This document shows, in pieces, positions 27,416-40,385 of a DNA stretch of 64,000 nucleotides; position 1 is the stretch's first letter; each line of letters starts with the position of its first letter. Source of the stretch: Octopus sinensis. Lineage: Eukaryota. The position numbers and the translations under genes were made by a program. Below the pieces are notes generated by a model. The model was given only the letters and a program-made list of their open reading frames with translations, did not search any database and had not been told where the DNA came from. The stretch lies in contig NC_043002.1 of assembly GCF_006345805.1 (NCBI RefSeq), forward strand, positions 1,364,001 to 1,428,000, written 5' to 3'.

Positions 27416-29166
27416 CAGTAGTTTTATTTTAATTTTTATAGCGTGCTTTCACTTCACTACCGAGCGCAGCTCTGTGTGCCTTGGGTATGTGCTGTGATTT
27501 GTTGTGATGCTCTGATGGTTATTGTATGGAAAGTGTTCTGCGTAGGATGTGGGCAGTGCCTAGTAGTGCAATTTTCTGTATGTTATATGTGTTTGTAAGT
27601 CCTGGTGTTTTTGTTATGTATTTGTCTGAATATTTTTTTATCATGCCTAATGCACCTACTATGATAGGAATTGTTTCTGTTTTCAGATTCCACATTCTAG
27701 TTACCTCTATTTCCAGGTCTTTGTATTTTGAGAGTTTCTCCATTTCTTTTAGAGACACGTTGTCATCTGCCGGTATTGATACATCAATTAGAAAGCATTC
27801 TTTTCTTCATTATCTCTGACAACTATATCTGGTCTGTTGGCCTTAATTTCTCTATCTGTGTGTATCGGCATATCCCAGAGTATGGTTGCTTTCTCGTTTT
27901 CTGTGACCTTTTCTGGTGTGTGCCTATACCATCTTTTTTCTGTTGTTATTCCATAATGTTGGCATAGCTTCCAATGTATGTAGGTTCCAACTCTGTCATG
28001 TCTGTGAATATATTCCTTCTTAGCCAGGACTGGGCAGCTAGAGATAATATGATTTATTGTTTCTTGTCCATCTCCACATATTCTGCAGTTACTTGTAATA
28101 TTTCTTTTCATTACATGTTTCTGTTAATTTCTGGTGGGGAGGCTTTGGTCTTGTGCTGCAATTAAAAATCCCTCTGTTTCTGCTTTGAGTCCTGAGCTTC
28201 TCAACCATTGCTGGGATTTTTCTTTCTCTATTTCTTTTGCGTTTAGTTTAGTGCAGTATTTACCATGAAGGGGCTTTTCTTGCCATTGTTTTATCATGGT
28301 TCGTTGCTGTTCTGTTTTTAGTTTGGATTTCATTTGTTTTATAGCTTTTGTTGTTTCTTCATCTTCTTCTTCTTCTTCATGTTTATTAGGTGGTATGATT
28401 TCTTGTTTGTATTTGTCAGCTTCCTTAAATACTGAGAACAGTTTTTTGTTTTGCTCGTGTTTTGCCGCTATCTGGATCAGTTTTCCTTCCTTCTGAAGTA
28501 GATATTTTTGCAGTCCTATGGTGGTTATTTTATAGTAGTTTTCCAGCTGTATAAGGCCTCTACCACCTTCTATACGTTGTATATATAGTCTTTCTATGTC
28601 AGATTTTGGGTGATGCATCCTAGATCCTGTCAGTATTTTTCTTGTTTTCCTATCTATTTTGGTCAGTTCATTTCGTGTCCAGTTAAGGATATTGTAGCTC
28701 TAACTTATAACTGGGACAGCTAAAGTGTTGATACCTATTATCTTGTTTTTAGCATTGAGCTCTCTGTTTAGTATTGATCTAACTCGTCTATAATATTCTT
28801 TTTTTTTTCTCTTTCATTTGTGTGTGTTGTGTCTTATCTAGTTCATGGATTCCTAAGTATTTGTAAGTTTGGCTTTGGTCTAATTCTTTTATTTCATTGG
28901 TTTTATCTAGTGTGATGTTGTTACTCTTAACTATTTTTCCTCTTTTCATGGTTACTTTGGCGCATTTTTCTAATCCAAATTTCATATCTATTTCTTTGGT
29001 AAATCCACGAACTGTCTTTAATAGTGTTTCCAGCTGTTTGTCATTTGCAGCGTATAGTTTTAGGTCATCCATATATAAAAGGTGGCTGATCGTTTTGCCG
29101 TAACATTTATATCCGCATCCAGTTCTATTTAGCATATCAGATAGAGGTGATAGTGCCAAGCAGAAA
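27416..29166 (-). mobile_element. Young Dong LINE copy B (5'-truncated within RT)
   Basis: Nearly identical to copy A from LALSPLSD through the 3' UTR (...GAAAGCACGCT...CTACTG). Frameshifts, some in homopolymers. TAA tracts at both ends. Confidence 0.97.
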
Positions 29167-29187
29167 TTATTATTATTATTATTATTA

Positions 29188-29244
<57 letters not shown>

Positions 29245-29252
29245 CATCATCA

Positions 29253-29314
<62 letters not shown>

Positions 29315-29329
29315 ATTATTATTATTATT
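29167..29329. repeat. (ATT)n tract: tail of copy C and 5' flank of copy B
   Basis: Direct reading. Confidence 0.95.
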
Positions 29330-32197
29330 CAGTAATTTTATTTTTATAGTGTGCTTTCACTTCACTACCGAGCGCAGCTCTGTGTGCCTTGGGTATGTGC
29401 TGTGATTTGTTGTGATGCTCTGATTGTTATTGTATGGAAAGTGTTCTGCGTAGGATGTGTGCAGTGCCTAGTAGTGCAATTTTCTGTATGTTATATGTGT
29501 TTGTAAGTCCTGGTGTTTTTGTTATGTATTTGTCTGAATATTTTTTATCATGCCTAATGCACCTACTATGATAGGAATTGTTTCTGTCTTTAGATTCCAC
29601 ATCCTGGTTACCTCTATTTCCAGGTCTTTGTATTTTGAAAGTTTCTCCATTTCTTTTAGAGACACGTTGTCATCTGCCGGTATTGATACATCAATTAGAA
29701 AGCATTTTTTTTCTTCATGATCTCTGACAACTATATCAGGTCTGTTGGCCTTAATTTCTCTATCTGTGTGTATCGGCATATCCCAGAGTATGGTTGCTTT
29801 CCCGTTTTCTGTGACCTTTTCTGGTGTGTGCCTATACCATCTTTTTTCTGTTGTTATTCCATAATGTTGGCATAGTTTCCAGTGTATGTAGCTTCCAACT
29901 CTGTCATGTCTGTGAATATATTCCTTCTTAGCCAGGACTGGGCAGCCAAAGATAATATGATTTATTGTTTCTTGTCCATCTCCACATATTCTGCAGTTAC
30001 TTGTAATATTTCTTTTCATTACATGTTTTTGGTAATTTCTGGTGGGGAGGCTTTGGTCTTGTGCTGCAATTAAAAATCTCTCCGTCTCTGCTTTGAGTCC
30101 TGAGCTTCTCAACCATTGCTGGGAGTTTTCTTTGTCTATTTCTTTTGCGTTTAATTTAGTCCAGTATTTGCCATGAAGGGGCTTTTCTTGCCATCGTTTT
30201 ATCATGGTTCATCGCTGTTCTATTTTTAGTTTGGATTTCAATTGTTTTATAGCTTTTGTTATTTCTTCTTCTTCTTCTTCTTCTTCTTCTTCTTCTTCTT
30301 CTTCTTCTTCTTCTCTTCTTCTTCTTCTTCTTCTTCTTCTTCTTCTTCTTCTTCTTCTTCTTCTTCTTCTTCTTCTTCTTCTTCTTCTTCTTCTTCTTCT
30401 TCTTCTTCTTCTTCTTCTTCTTCTTCATGTTTATTAGGTGGTATGATTTCTTGTTTGTATTCGTCAGCTTCCTTAAATACTGAGAACAGTTTTTTGTTTT
30501 GCTCGTGTTTTGCCGCTATTTGTATCAGTTTTCTTTCCTTCTGAAGTAGGTATTTTTGCAGTCCTATGGTGGTTATTTTATAGTAGTTTTCCAGCTGTAT
30601 AAGGCCTCTACCACCTTCTATACGTTGTATATATAGTCTTTCAATGTCAGATTTTGGGTGATGCAGCCTAGATCCTGTCAGTATTTTTCTTGTTTTCCTA
30701 TCTATTTTGGTCAGTTCATTTAGTGTCAAGTTAAGGATATTGTAGCTGTAACTTATAACTGGGACAGCTAAAATATTAATACTTATTATCTTGTTTTTAG
30801 CATTGAGCTCTGTTTTTAGTATTGATCTAACTCGTCTATAATATTCTTTTTTTTTATTTTCTCTTTCATTTGTGTGTGTTGTGTCTTATCTAGTTCATGG
30901 ATTCCTAAGTATTTGTAAGTTTGGCTTTGGTCTAATTCTTTTATTTCATTGGTTTTATCTAGTGTGATGTTGTTACTCTTAACTAGTTTTCCTCTTTTCA
31001 TGGTTACTTTGGCGCATTTTTCTAATCCAATTTCATATCTATTTCTTTGGTAAATCCACGAACTGTCTTTAATAGTGTTTCCAGCTGTTTGTCATTTGCA
31101 GCGTATAGTTTTAGGTCATCCATATATAAAAGGTGGCTGATCGTTTGTGCCGTAACATTTATATCCGCATCCAGTTCTATTTAGCATATCAGATAGAGGT
31201 GACAGTGCCAAGCAGAAAAGGAGTGGAGAGAGCGTGTCTCCCTGGAATATTCCTATTCTAATGGGGATGTCTTTGGTTTTCATGAGTCCCTCTTTTGTTT
31301 GGAGGTGTAGGACTGTTTGCCATTTATTCATAGAGTGCTCTATGAATTTTATGATTGTTGGTGCTACTTTGTTAATGGCTAGTGTTTCGAGGATCCATGT
31401 GTGGGGGATGCTATCAAACGCCTTTTTGTAGTCGATCCAGGCCATACTGAGGCCTTTCTTCTTACTGTGGCTGTCTTCAGTTATGGCTTTATTGATCATT
31501 AGTTGATCTTTACAGCCATATGAGCCTTTGCGGCATCCTTTCTGCTCTTCTGGAAACAGGTTGTTTTCGTCCAGGTGCTTGTTCAGCCTTTGCGATATCA
31601 CTGCAGTAAATGCCTTGTACATTGTAGGGAGACAGGTTATTGGTCTGTAGTTTTCTGGTTTTGCTGTCTCATTTGATTTGCAAATTAAGATGGTTTTCCC
31701 CTTCGTGAGCCATTCAGGCATTGTCTCTGGGTCTGCCAGTATGTTGTTAAAATTTTCAGCCAGCTTTTTGTGCATTCCTGTTAGATATTTCAACCAGAAG
31801 TTGGGGATCTTGTCATGCCCACGTGCCTTCCAGTTGCTTAGTCTTTGCAGTGCCTGGGTGACCTCTTCAGTTGTTATGGGGGTCCAAAGTTGCTCAGATG
31901 CTGAGTTTGTTGTTTTAATACTCCTTTGTTTTGGTTGTTCATTCGCCGACCATATTTCTCTCCAGAATTCTTCCACTTCTACCGTTGGTGCTGCAGTGAT
32001 TTCTATTTTAGTTTTGCCAAGTTCTTGGTAGAACTTTTTGGGGTTGGAGTTGAACTTTTTGTTTTGTTCAAAGAGGCGCTGGCGTTTCTCGTACCGGCGG
32101 ATTCTTTGTGCTTTAGTTTTTCTTTTATCTCAGGTAATCTTCTTCTGTGATGTTGTATTTGCGGAGTATTTTTGTTCTCTTTTTGTTGCTCAGTAGC

Positions 32198-32198
<1 letters not shown>
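29330..32198 (-). mobile_element. Young Dong LINE copy C (longest, ~2.87 kb; 5'-truncated; inactivated)
   Basis: RRYEKRQRLFEQNKKFNSNPKKFYQELG...EEFWREIWS, then RT, CCHC, RLE and the same 3' UTR as A and B. Several frameshifts and an internal GAA expansion. Confidence 0.97.
30263..30426. repeat. (TTC)n/(GAA)n expansion inside the Dong C ORF
   Basis: 164 nt (about 54 units plus a 2-nt unit) at the site where copies A and B have only a short EEEE(E)D(D)EE stretch. Confidence 0.95.
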
Positions 32199-32260
<62 letters not shown>

Positions 32261-32261
32261 A

Positions 32262-32615
32262 TTCATTTCATTAGCATCTTTCAATTCTGTTTTCATTTCT
32301 TGCCGAATGTTTTCCTGACACCGAAGGCAGAGAAACTGGTAGGCCATTAAAATAAAAACACCAGATTGTCCATTTACAAAGTCATGTGGTAGAAAAAAAG
32401 GGGAAGACAGAGGGAAAGAGGGAAAAATAAAAAAAAGAAGTAAACAAATAAAATAAATATGGAAAAAGGAAAGAAAATTCGCAGCAAAAATGCCCTTCTC
32501 AATTCGTGTGACGTACCAGTTAAGACAACCTTTCGCATTTCCTGCACGGATAATTTTCAGTCCTTTTTCGATCATTCCAAGTGCACCTACAATCACTGGT
32601 ATTGTAATCTTCTCA
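32262..32615 (-). mobile_element. Old divergent R4/Dong 3' end fragment D
   Basis: EKITIPVIVGALGMIEKG and, after a frameshift, QEMRKVVLTGTSH-LRR (compare ETIPIIVGALGMI...IQKIALLGTAHILRR). A putative 3' UTR runs into the (TAA)n at 32199-32261. Confidence 0.7.
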
Positions 32616-32748
32616 TTCTTCTTCTTCTTCTTCTTCTTCTTCTTCTTCTTCTTCTTCTTCTTCTTCTTCTTCTTCTTCTTCTTCTTCTTCTTCTTCTTCT
32701 TCTTCTTCTTCTTCTTCATGTCCTTCTTCTTCTTCATGTTCTTCTTCT
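32616..32748. repeat. (TTC)n microsatellite
   Basis: Direct reading; explains the poly-K/F ORFs. Confidence 0.95.
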
Positions 32749-33986
32749 TTTCATTGTCCACTCTCCGTCTTCTCGACCTTCCCATGGTTTCATCCCCTCA
32801 TCCTGCTCTTCGTCTTCTTTTCAGTGTATACTACAATGGATCGAGCTAATGAGCTGATTGTATATATTTAGATACAGTCCTATCATGCGAGGACTGAATT
32901 GTTAGGAACGGTGTGGCCCGGAGCCTTCAATTGTTTCATCTTAAAGAGGAGGCTAGGGATTCTTCAAGAAAATCTTTGGTTTTAGAATTAATGCAACGGT
33001 AATTGGTGCCGTTTATTTAATGAAAAAATAGTTTTTGACACCCACTCCTGCGTAAAAGATATTTCCTTATCATGGAAACACATTTCCCTTAATCTTTTAG
33101 CAAGTTTACTAAACAATATGATTGCTCTTAGCAAATGTTACGTTGTTTTGCAGCTATATTGCCATGCCCACTGAGGGAAATGGCTGTTCTTTTTCTTTTC
33201 TATTAAGGTTTCTTTTCCGCTAATCTGTTTATCATCTCTGAAAGTGTTTGTCGATACGAAGTGGAATATAGAAACTGACTCATATATATATATATATATA
33301 TATATATTTCTTTGGTTACTGAAAAGAAAATTAGTTTGGCTACAACACAGAAAGGAGATAAAGGAAGGAATCACTATTTTTGGTAAAAGATAAAATAAAC
33401 CATATGTGTAAAAAAAATTGGAAAGAGATAAAAAAAATGGTTCCTATGGCAAGAATTATGATGGCAATAGTTGGATAAAGTAACATTCTTCCTCATAGAC
33501 TCAGTTTCATCTAAACTGATAATGATTTCAGCCAGTTCAAATGAAAAAAAAAGTGTTTCCTGTAACTGATGCATAATAACTATGGTTTGTGTAAAAACCA
33601 ACAAGCAACCAATCCAGATGTGGCCAAATATATACAACAAGTTTAAAAATGTGTGCTGTGAATAAATGCAGTGAAGTTTCTATAATTTATTTAGAGGACT
33701 TGTTTAACTAGACAATATTTTGCGTTGAAACATTTCTACAAATGAACAATTAATTATGATATATTGATTGTTGTAACTGGCACATGATCAGATATTTGAG
33801 GAGGCTACACTCAATTATTTCTGACCGACATAAAAATTTTAACAACATCAATAAAATCTCATCTGGAATTGAAACACATAAACAAGAGAATTATAAACAA
33901 TAAAGCTTATGTATTTTACTGTCGAACTGAAAGTATTGCTAACCGATCCACTTCTGATTAATTATGGTGATAAATCTTTTCAGAAT

Positions 33987-34040
<54 letters not shown>

Positions 34041-34042
<2 letters not shown>

Positions 34043-34264
34043 CCTCGGTCATTCAAGTGTGACCGCGTGTGTACCGTTGACGATTTTTTCCCTCCGTCTT
34101 CCCTTCTCTGGATCTTTCCTTTTCCTATGTTTCTGACGAAGCGCTCCGCTCGAAACTTAAAACCCTCCTTCTTCCCTTCCTTCCTGACCGTCCAATAATA
34201 CTATATTTGTTCCACGTCCTCTTGTTGTTGTGTTTTCTCTTTGTGTTTTCATGTTTGGATTAAC
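34041..34264 (+). mobile_element. (TA)n-flanked ~224-bp unit with a hammerhead-like core, probable Penelope-like pLTR remnant
   Basis: GTTT-CTGACGA-A-GCGCTCCGCTC-GAAAC-TTA-AAAC at 34129-34163; TA tracts on both sides. Confidence 0.6.
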
Positions 34265-34290
34265 TATATATATATATATATATATATATA

Positions 34291-34850
34291 GGCGATCCAA
34301 CGTAGCTACACGAAGATAGCCTCTATGCAGAATATAAGCTACTGGGAAATACTCAAGAGATTAAAACTATATTCCTTGGAGCGTAGGCGGGAAGATATGC
34401 CATAATATACATCTGGAAGATCCTGGAGGAACTTGTCCCAAACTTTGGCATCGAAGTTACACAAATGCCAGAACTGGGCGCTGCCCACTGCGTGGTGCCA
34501 GGACTCCAAATTTGCCATCAAGATGTAGGACAAGATACTGTGATAGCCTGGGCTTCCGAGGCCCACAGCTCTTCAATATCCTCCCGAAGAACCTAAGAGA
34601 CCTGCATGGGTGGATGCAGATGTCTTTAAAATAAAAGCTGGATCTCTTCGTGTCAGGTATCCCAGATGAACCAACTTCACCGGCAGGAGGTGCAGATGAG
34701 GCAGCTGCATCGAACTCTCTCATGCACCACATGGCAGTTGCTAAAAAGCTTTCGTGAAGTAAAACCATGTAGCAACACACCAAATGGCGGCCACCAGCAT
34801 GGCCACAGCTCATGAGCTGAAACTAGAATCATCAATCCAATCATCAATCA
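34291..34850 (+). mobile_element. CR1-clade LINE 3' end
   Basis: Across frameshifts: ISYWEILKRLKLYSLERRR...YIWKILE...SLGFRGPQLFNILPKNLR...KLDLFVSGIPDEP; ends in a short AATC-repeat tail. Confidence 0.85.
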
Positions 34851-34977
34851 TATATATATATATATATATATACATATGTATATATATGTAAATATATACA
34901 CATATACATATATATATATGTATGTGTGTATGTATATATGTATGTATTTGTGTATGTATGTATGCGCGTATGTTTAT

Positions 34978-35209
34978 ATATTTCTTTATTACCCACAAGG
35001 GGCTAAACACAGGGGACAAACAAAGACAGACAAAGGGATTAAGTCGATTACATCGACCCCAGTGCGTAACTGGTACTTAATTTATCGACCCCGAAAGGAT
35101 GAAAGGCAAAGTCGACCTCGGCGGAATTTGAACTCGGAACGCAACGACAGACGAAATACGGCTACGAATTTCGCCCGGCGTGCTAACGTTTCTGCCAGCT
35201 CGCCGCCTT
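34978..35209 (-). mobile_element. ~230-bp tRNA-derived SINE, best-preserved copy
   Basis: AAGGCGGCGAGCTGGCAGAAACGTTAGCACGCCGGGC (A-box TGGCAGAAACG)...GAGTTCAAATTCC (B-box)...GGGTAATAAAGAAA. Confidence 0.92.
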
Positions 35210-38200
35210 CGCGTATGCGCGTATGTTTATATGTATGTATGGATGTGTGTCTGTCTGTTTGTCTATATGTGTGTATGTATGTATGTATGCGTGTATGTAT
35301 GTTTGTACGTATGTATGCATGCATGCATGTATGTACGTATGTATATGCATACGTATGTAGGAATTTGTGTTTATTTCTTACATTATTCAAGTCCTTTTTA
35401 TGAGAGTTCAAATCGCTCCTTAAGGGATGAGAGATCAGAGTTTTTGCGTGAAAAGAATTCCCAGAGTTTGTAAGTATGTGCTTGAATTGGTGTGTTGATT
35501 GAGATGCCGGTGCTCGCACCCAACGGTGTGCATCTATTCACCTAAAGAATCTCCGATGGAGAGTCTTTGGAATGTCTTAAAGATTTTCACTGTGCCATTA
35601 ATATATTTGGAGAATCCGCGACAGTTTCTTTTAATCTTTCTTCGAAAACCAAGTATTTCTAGGTGTTTGCGTAAATCTCCCTTCAGGTGAAACTATGGTA
35701 ATTAACCGAACCGTTAAGTGCGCATCCCCTGTACATTTTGCTAGGTATCACTCACAAAACACAACTCATCATCTCCGTTGATGACGTGGACTAAGACTAG
35801 GAAAAAACTTTTGCAATGATCAAAAATCAATATGTATCGGAGGTTATATTTTGGGATTTCTGTCTCACCGTTTTCTGCATAAATTTTCTGAGAGGTCAAT
35901 AATTCCAAAGCTGTGATTTTTGTGCAGGAATCTGCAGATTTCCAGAAGGCCCTTCACGAACGCCTTGATACGAGCCATAATGAATTGTATTCGAATATTT
36001 ATTCGAAACTCCATTTCAAAGCATTTTTGCATTTCAGCTACATCCTCACACACTCAGCATCACTTTAATGCTTGATGCTTCTACCATTATTTCAAATTAG
36101 TCATACATCTAAGAGTGTTTGAGTGAATTATAATGATTTAAAATGAGGATGCATTTTTGTCATACAGCCTCTATATTTGCGTAGTTATTTACTAGATATC
36201 AATAAACACATTTTATAATCGATAAAGGGTTAATGGTTTAAAAACAATTTAGACATGAATTTCTGGAATTTTCGATGGTGACAGCAACACTTTAGAAAAG
36301 TATTTAAGAGATTCACCAATCGTAGTTTTAATTAATATATCATGAATGAATTATCATTTTGTCAGGTGATGAGCAAAATTAAGTTGCCGTAGATTAAACG
36401 ATGCCATTTAATGGTTTTGATATTCGATATTTTTGACATTGCTAATTGTAATTGGACGCAAAACAATTATGTAAATCACACTTCTATTCGATAAATGCTG
36501 CACACGTCGCACTAAATGCAGTGAAAATGATTTCGAGATATCAGTCAGCAAAAGCTGATGACAATGATGAAAGAACGAGTGGTGGCTGAGCAAATATTTA
36601 TAAGGATTGTCTCTCTCCTTCCCTGGTTACTTCTTAAGAACCAGAATAGATATGTGATAATACTTAGAACCAATATAGAATCCTAATACAAGAAACTAAG
36701 ATATTTAGTAAAATATTGTGAAGCTCCCAGACAAACATTACAACTGGCGGATGCAGTTAATGATATATTCCGACAAAAGTCATAAAAGTAAAAGTCAGAG
36801 AATGGAATATACTTTTATGCGATGAGAAGATAGTTATATTCTCCACACACTAACTTTTACCATTTTGTGAACTTTACAGAAACAGTACATTATCTAATTA
36901 GGTTCCATAATATTTCTGTTAATACACAACATCTTAGAGTCATTGTAAAATGGAGTTGCAACACACTGAAAAAAAATGTTCCTTTTGAAATTCCGGTGTA
37001 ATTGCATTGGAAACATATTAGTTTCACAAATATGAGATGTAACAAAAAAAGATACAAAACCATCTCTATGTCCAGTTATATATATATATATATATCGGGA
37101 CGATTCCCAATATATACCATTCCCTTCAGAACGTAATATATTACACTTTTTCGGTTTCAAATTACATCGCTATGAAGCAATCGTGAATCGTTTGCTACCA
37201 TTATCCTCTCTTACTAATATAGGTACACCATAAAATTAGTTAAAATGTAAACTGAAACCTTTGTTACGAGAATAGCAGTTAATATTCACGTGAAGATCAA
37301 AAGCTGTATTTACAGTGAACACATTACTACAATAATAATCTCTCCTAATAACCGCTAAACCAAAATTGATATAATGTAAGGAATATATTTTCTATATTAC
37401 GGTCAATGGATGCTCGGCCTTCCCTTTGGAACCACTATGAATATTAACCGAAGTAACGTATGCTATATGTACAAACCTCTCGGTAGATTCGTCTTCTAAC
37501 ATCATAATGAAAATGTTCCATTCTATGGAGCATCAAAGACATTTTATTAGATTATCACACCTTATTAGATTTTGATATTTCTCTGAAATGTTGCACCATT
37601 TCTATGGGTATCATTAATGGGTCATTTCTTTTGATTCCAGCTAAATTCTATGGCGATAGTTTATTTCATTGCTTCCTTTTAAAACAAATATTTGATATAA
37701 AAATGTATTTGGTTATTTATGTAAACACGAGCTTTTATAATATGCTTTACTTTGATAATGTCTCAGTTTTAATTCTTTTTCAATGACCACAATTATTTCT
37801 GATATTTTCGATATTCGCTTCTGATTTAGGGATCAGATTACTTTCTGACGATTCTTAATTTTGAAGGCCTGGAGTAAAATAACTGATTTAATCTCAGAAC
37901 AATATTGGCGTCTAAATTTTCGACCCCTCATTATTGGAAGACCAAATCGATTCCAAATCGATCTAGAATATAAATCAATAAATAGCTATGGTGATATTAT
38001 ACCAAAGCACGCACATATTCCTTCTATACTTACGATGTATGGAAAAAGGGGTGGAAACTTCTGATAGACCTTTCTAAGGTTCATTCACCATTTCTAAGAG
38101 GAAACGTACCCGATGTTGTTCTAGAATCTATACCATAGAATTGTCATCCCGAATATATTGCAGCCAGGAATTATGTTTATACTGCAGTGGATAACTGAAG

Positions 38201-39978
38201 TTGAATATTTTGGATTTTCGCAGTTATTTAAACATTTTGTGCACGACACAGAAAGCAACGGAAACACTGATAATATATGTGAACATTAGGAAATATTAGA
38301 AAGACATACTTGTGATGAGAATGTGGAGTCCTTCAATGGCTTATATTTTATGTGCTGCAAAGGGAAACTCTTGAATATATGTATATATATATATATACAC
38401 ATACATATATATATTTGGTGTATTTTGGGATAAAGGAGTGAAGAACGAATATATAGTGCGTGCGTTTATTTGGCAAAACAATAACCATCTCGATATACCA
38501 CAGTGTCTATTTCAACGCACACACACACATACACACACACACATACACATACACACATACACACACACACACATATATATATATACATATGTGTGTGTGT
38601 GTGTATTTGTGTGAGTGTGTGTATTTCTGTGTATGAGTGTGTGTGCGAGAGAGAGATAGAGATAGAGTGAGTGTGTGTGTGTATGTTTTACTTGTGTCAA
38701 GTAGTGAGTCTCGGCGTTGATATCCATCTGTCGTTTGGTTCTGCGATTCTCAGTTACTTTAATATCAACAAAGCTCTTGTGGCAGCGATGAACAAAAGCC
38801 ATTCCGACATATGCATCTGTACTCTTCCCTCCTTCCTTCTTGGTTCCTGCATTAAACCTGCTTTTTAACCCTCCTCCTGAGCACTTTCCTGAGTGTTTCT
38901 CTCCAGAAGTATGTATAAGGAAGAATACTGTGAATGTGTGCGTTGGTAGGGTGTATGCATGTGTATATAAGTGTGTAGATGCGTAAACTTTGTGAGGTTG
39001 GTTCGTGGGTTTTGGTGGATTTTTAATGAGTCTGCGATAATTTGGTGGGTGGTGTGAACGCGCGCAGGTTATGCGTCGTAAGCGCATACGTGTTTTGTGT
39101 GTGAATAAAAGTATCGAGGAAATATTGTAGAATAACGTATGGCAGGTAAACAAATTTATGTGTGTGTGTTGGTTGGTGGGTTTGTGTTGAATATTTTAAA
39201 ACGCATTTATCTCGAAGAAATTGAATACAATAAGTACATGCCTATATAGTTATTGATGTCTGCGTTAGGAATCACATGGATAAATACATAATAGGAGAAA
39301 GCACACAGTTCAATGAGTTTATTAAAAATCGGTTTTTTTTTTCTCTTCTTTAGTCCGTAATGTATTGTCTTGTTGACTGTACCAACAGCAGAGATGACGA
39401 ACACTAGCTATAGCTAAACTAAAATACTGCACCAAGTATATGATTAAAATAATGATATCTTTTCGAATATGGAAATTTTGGCACAAAACGTTTTACTTTT
39501 AATGAAATATTCTATCAATATAATTATTTTCCCTTTTCTGAAAATGTTTATTTTTGGCTCAAACAAAAAACATTTATGTAATCAATTTATATAAAAAAAA
39601 ATCGCTACTCCATAATTGCACTTAGAATAAAATAGTTCACTCTATCATTATTCTTTTATTTGAAACATACTTTCATACGACCGTTTATTCTTTCCGCTGC
39701 AGTAATCGCCTAAAAGGCAATGTAACAGTGTAGATACATAAGCGACATGACGATTTAAATACTTGCTAATGTAGTCAGTGTACATTATGAATAGCACAAG
39801 TCTGCATTTAGGCATTTGAAAAGACAAAGTAGCACATGAATGATATATTTAATCATGAAATATTCAAATGGATTTACTTTTCTTTATATTTTGAACGGTG
39901 GTGTGTTTTTACATTATTCACTGCAACTATAGTTTATGATACGCTCATAAACGCACACATGCATACATACATTTATGC

Positions 39979-40039
<61 letters not shown>

Positions 40040-40062
40040 AATATACATACATACATACCTAC

Positions 40063-40105
<43 letters not shown>

Positions 40106-40347
40106 CATATATATATATATACACATATATATATATACACACATCATAACAAACACACATACAAAAGCACGTATGTATATATCCACTTGAATAAGTTCAT
40201 TTTAACATGAAATATTCAAATGGATTATTTTGATTTATACATTAAATGATTGCATGTCCTTACATTATTCATAGCACTTACATTTTATGATATGCCATGC
40301 ACACACACGAACACGCATATATATGGATACATGCACGCATATATATA

Positions 40348-40385
<38 letters not shown>

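Noticed and set aside
32003-32785. 260-aa ORF with poly-K and poly-N
   Set aside because: Chance read-through of (GAA)n, Dong fragment D, (TAA)n and an off-frame part of Dong C.
35400-36050. Possible Tc1-like transposase relic (minus; WEFF...LKERF)
   Set aside because: A single vague motif, with no TIRs or catalytic residues identified.
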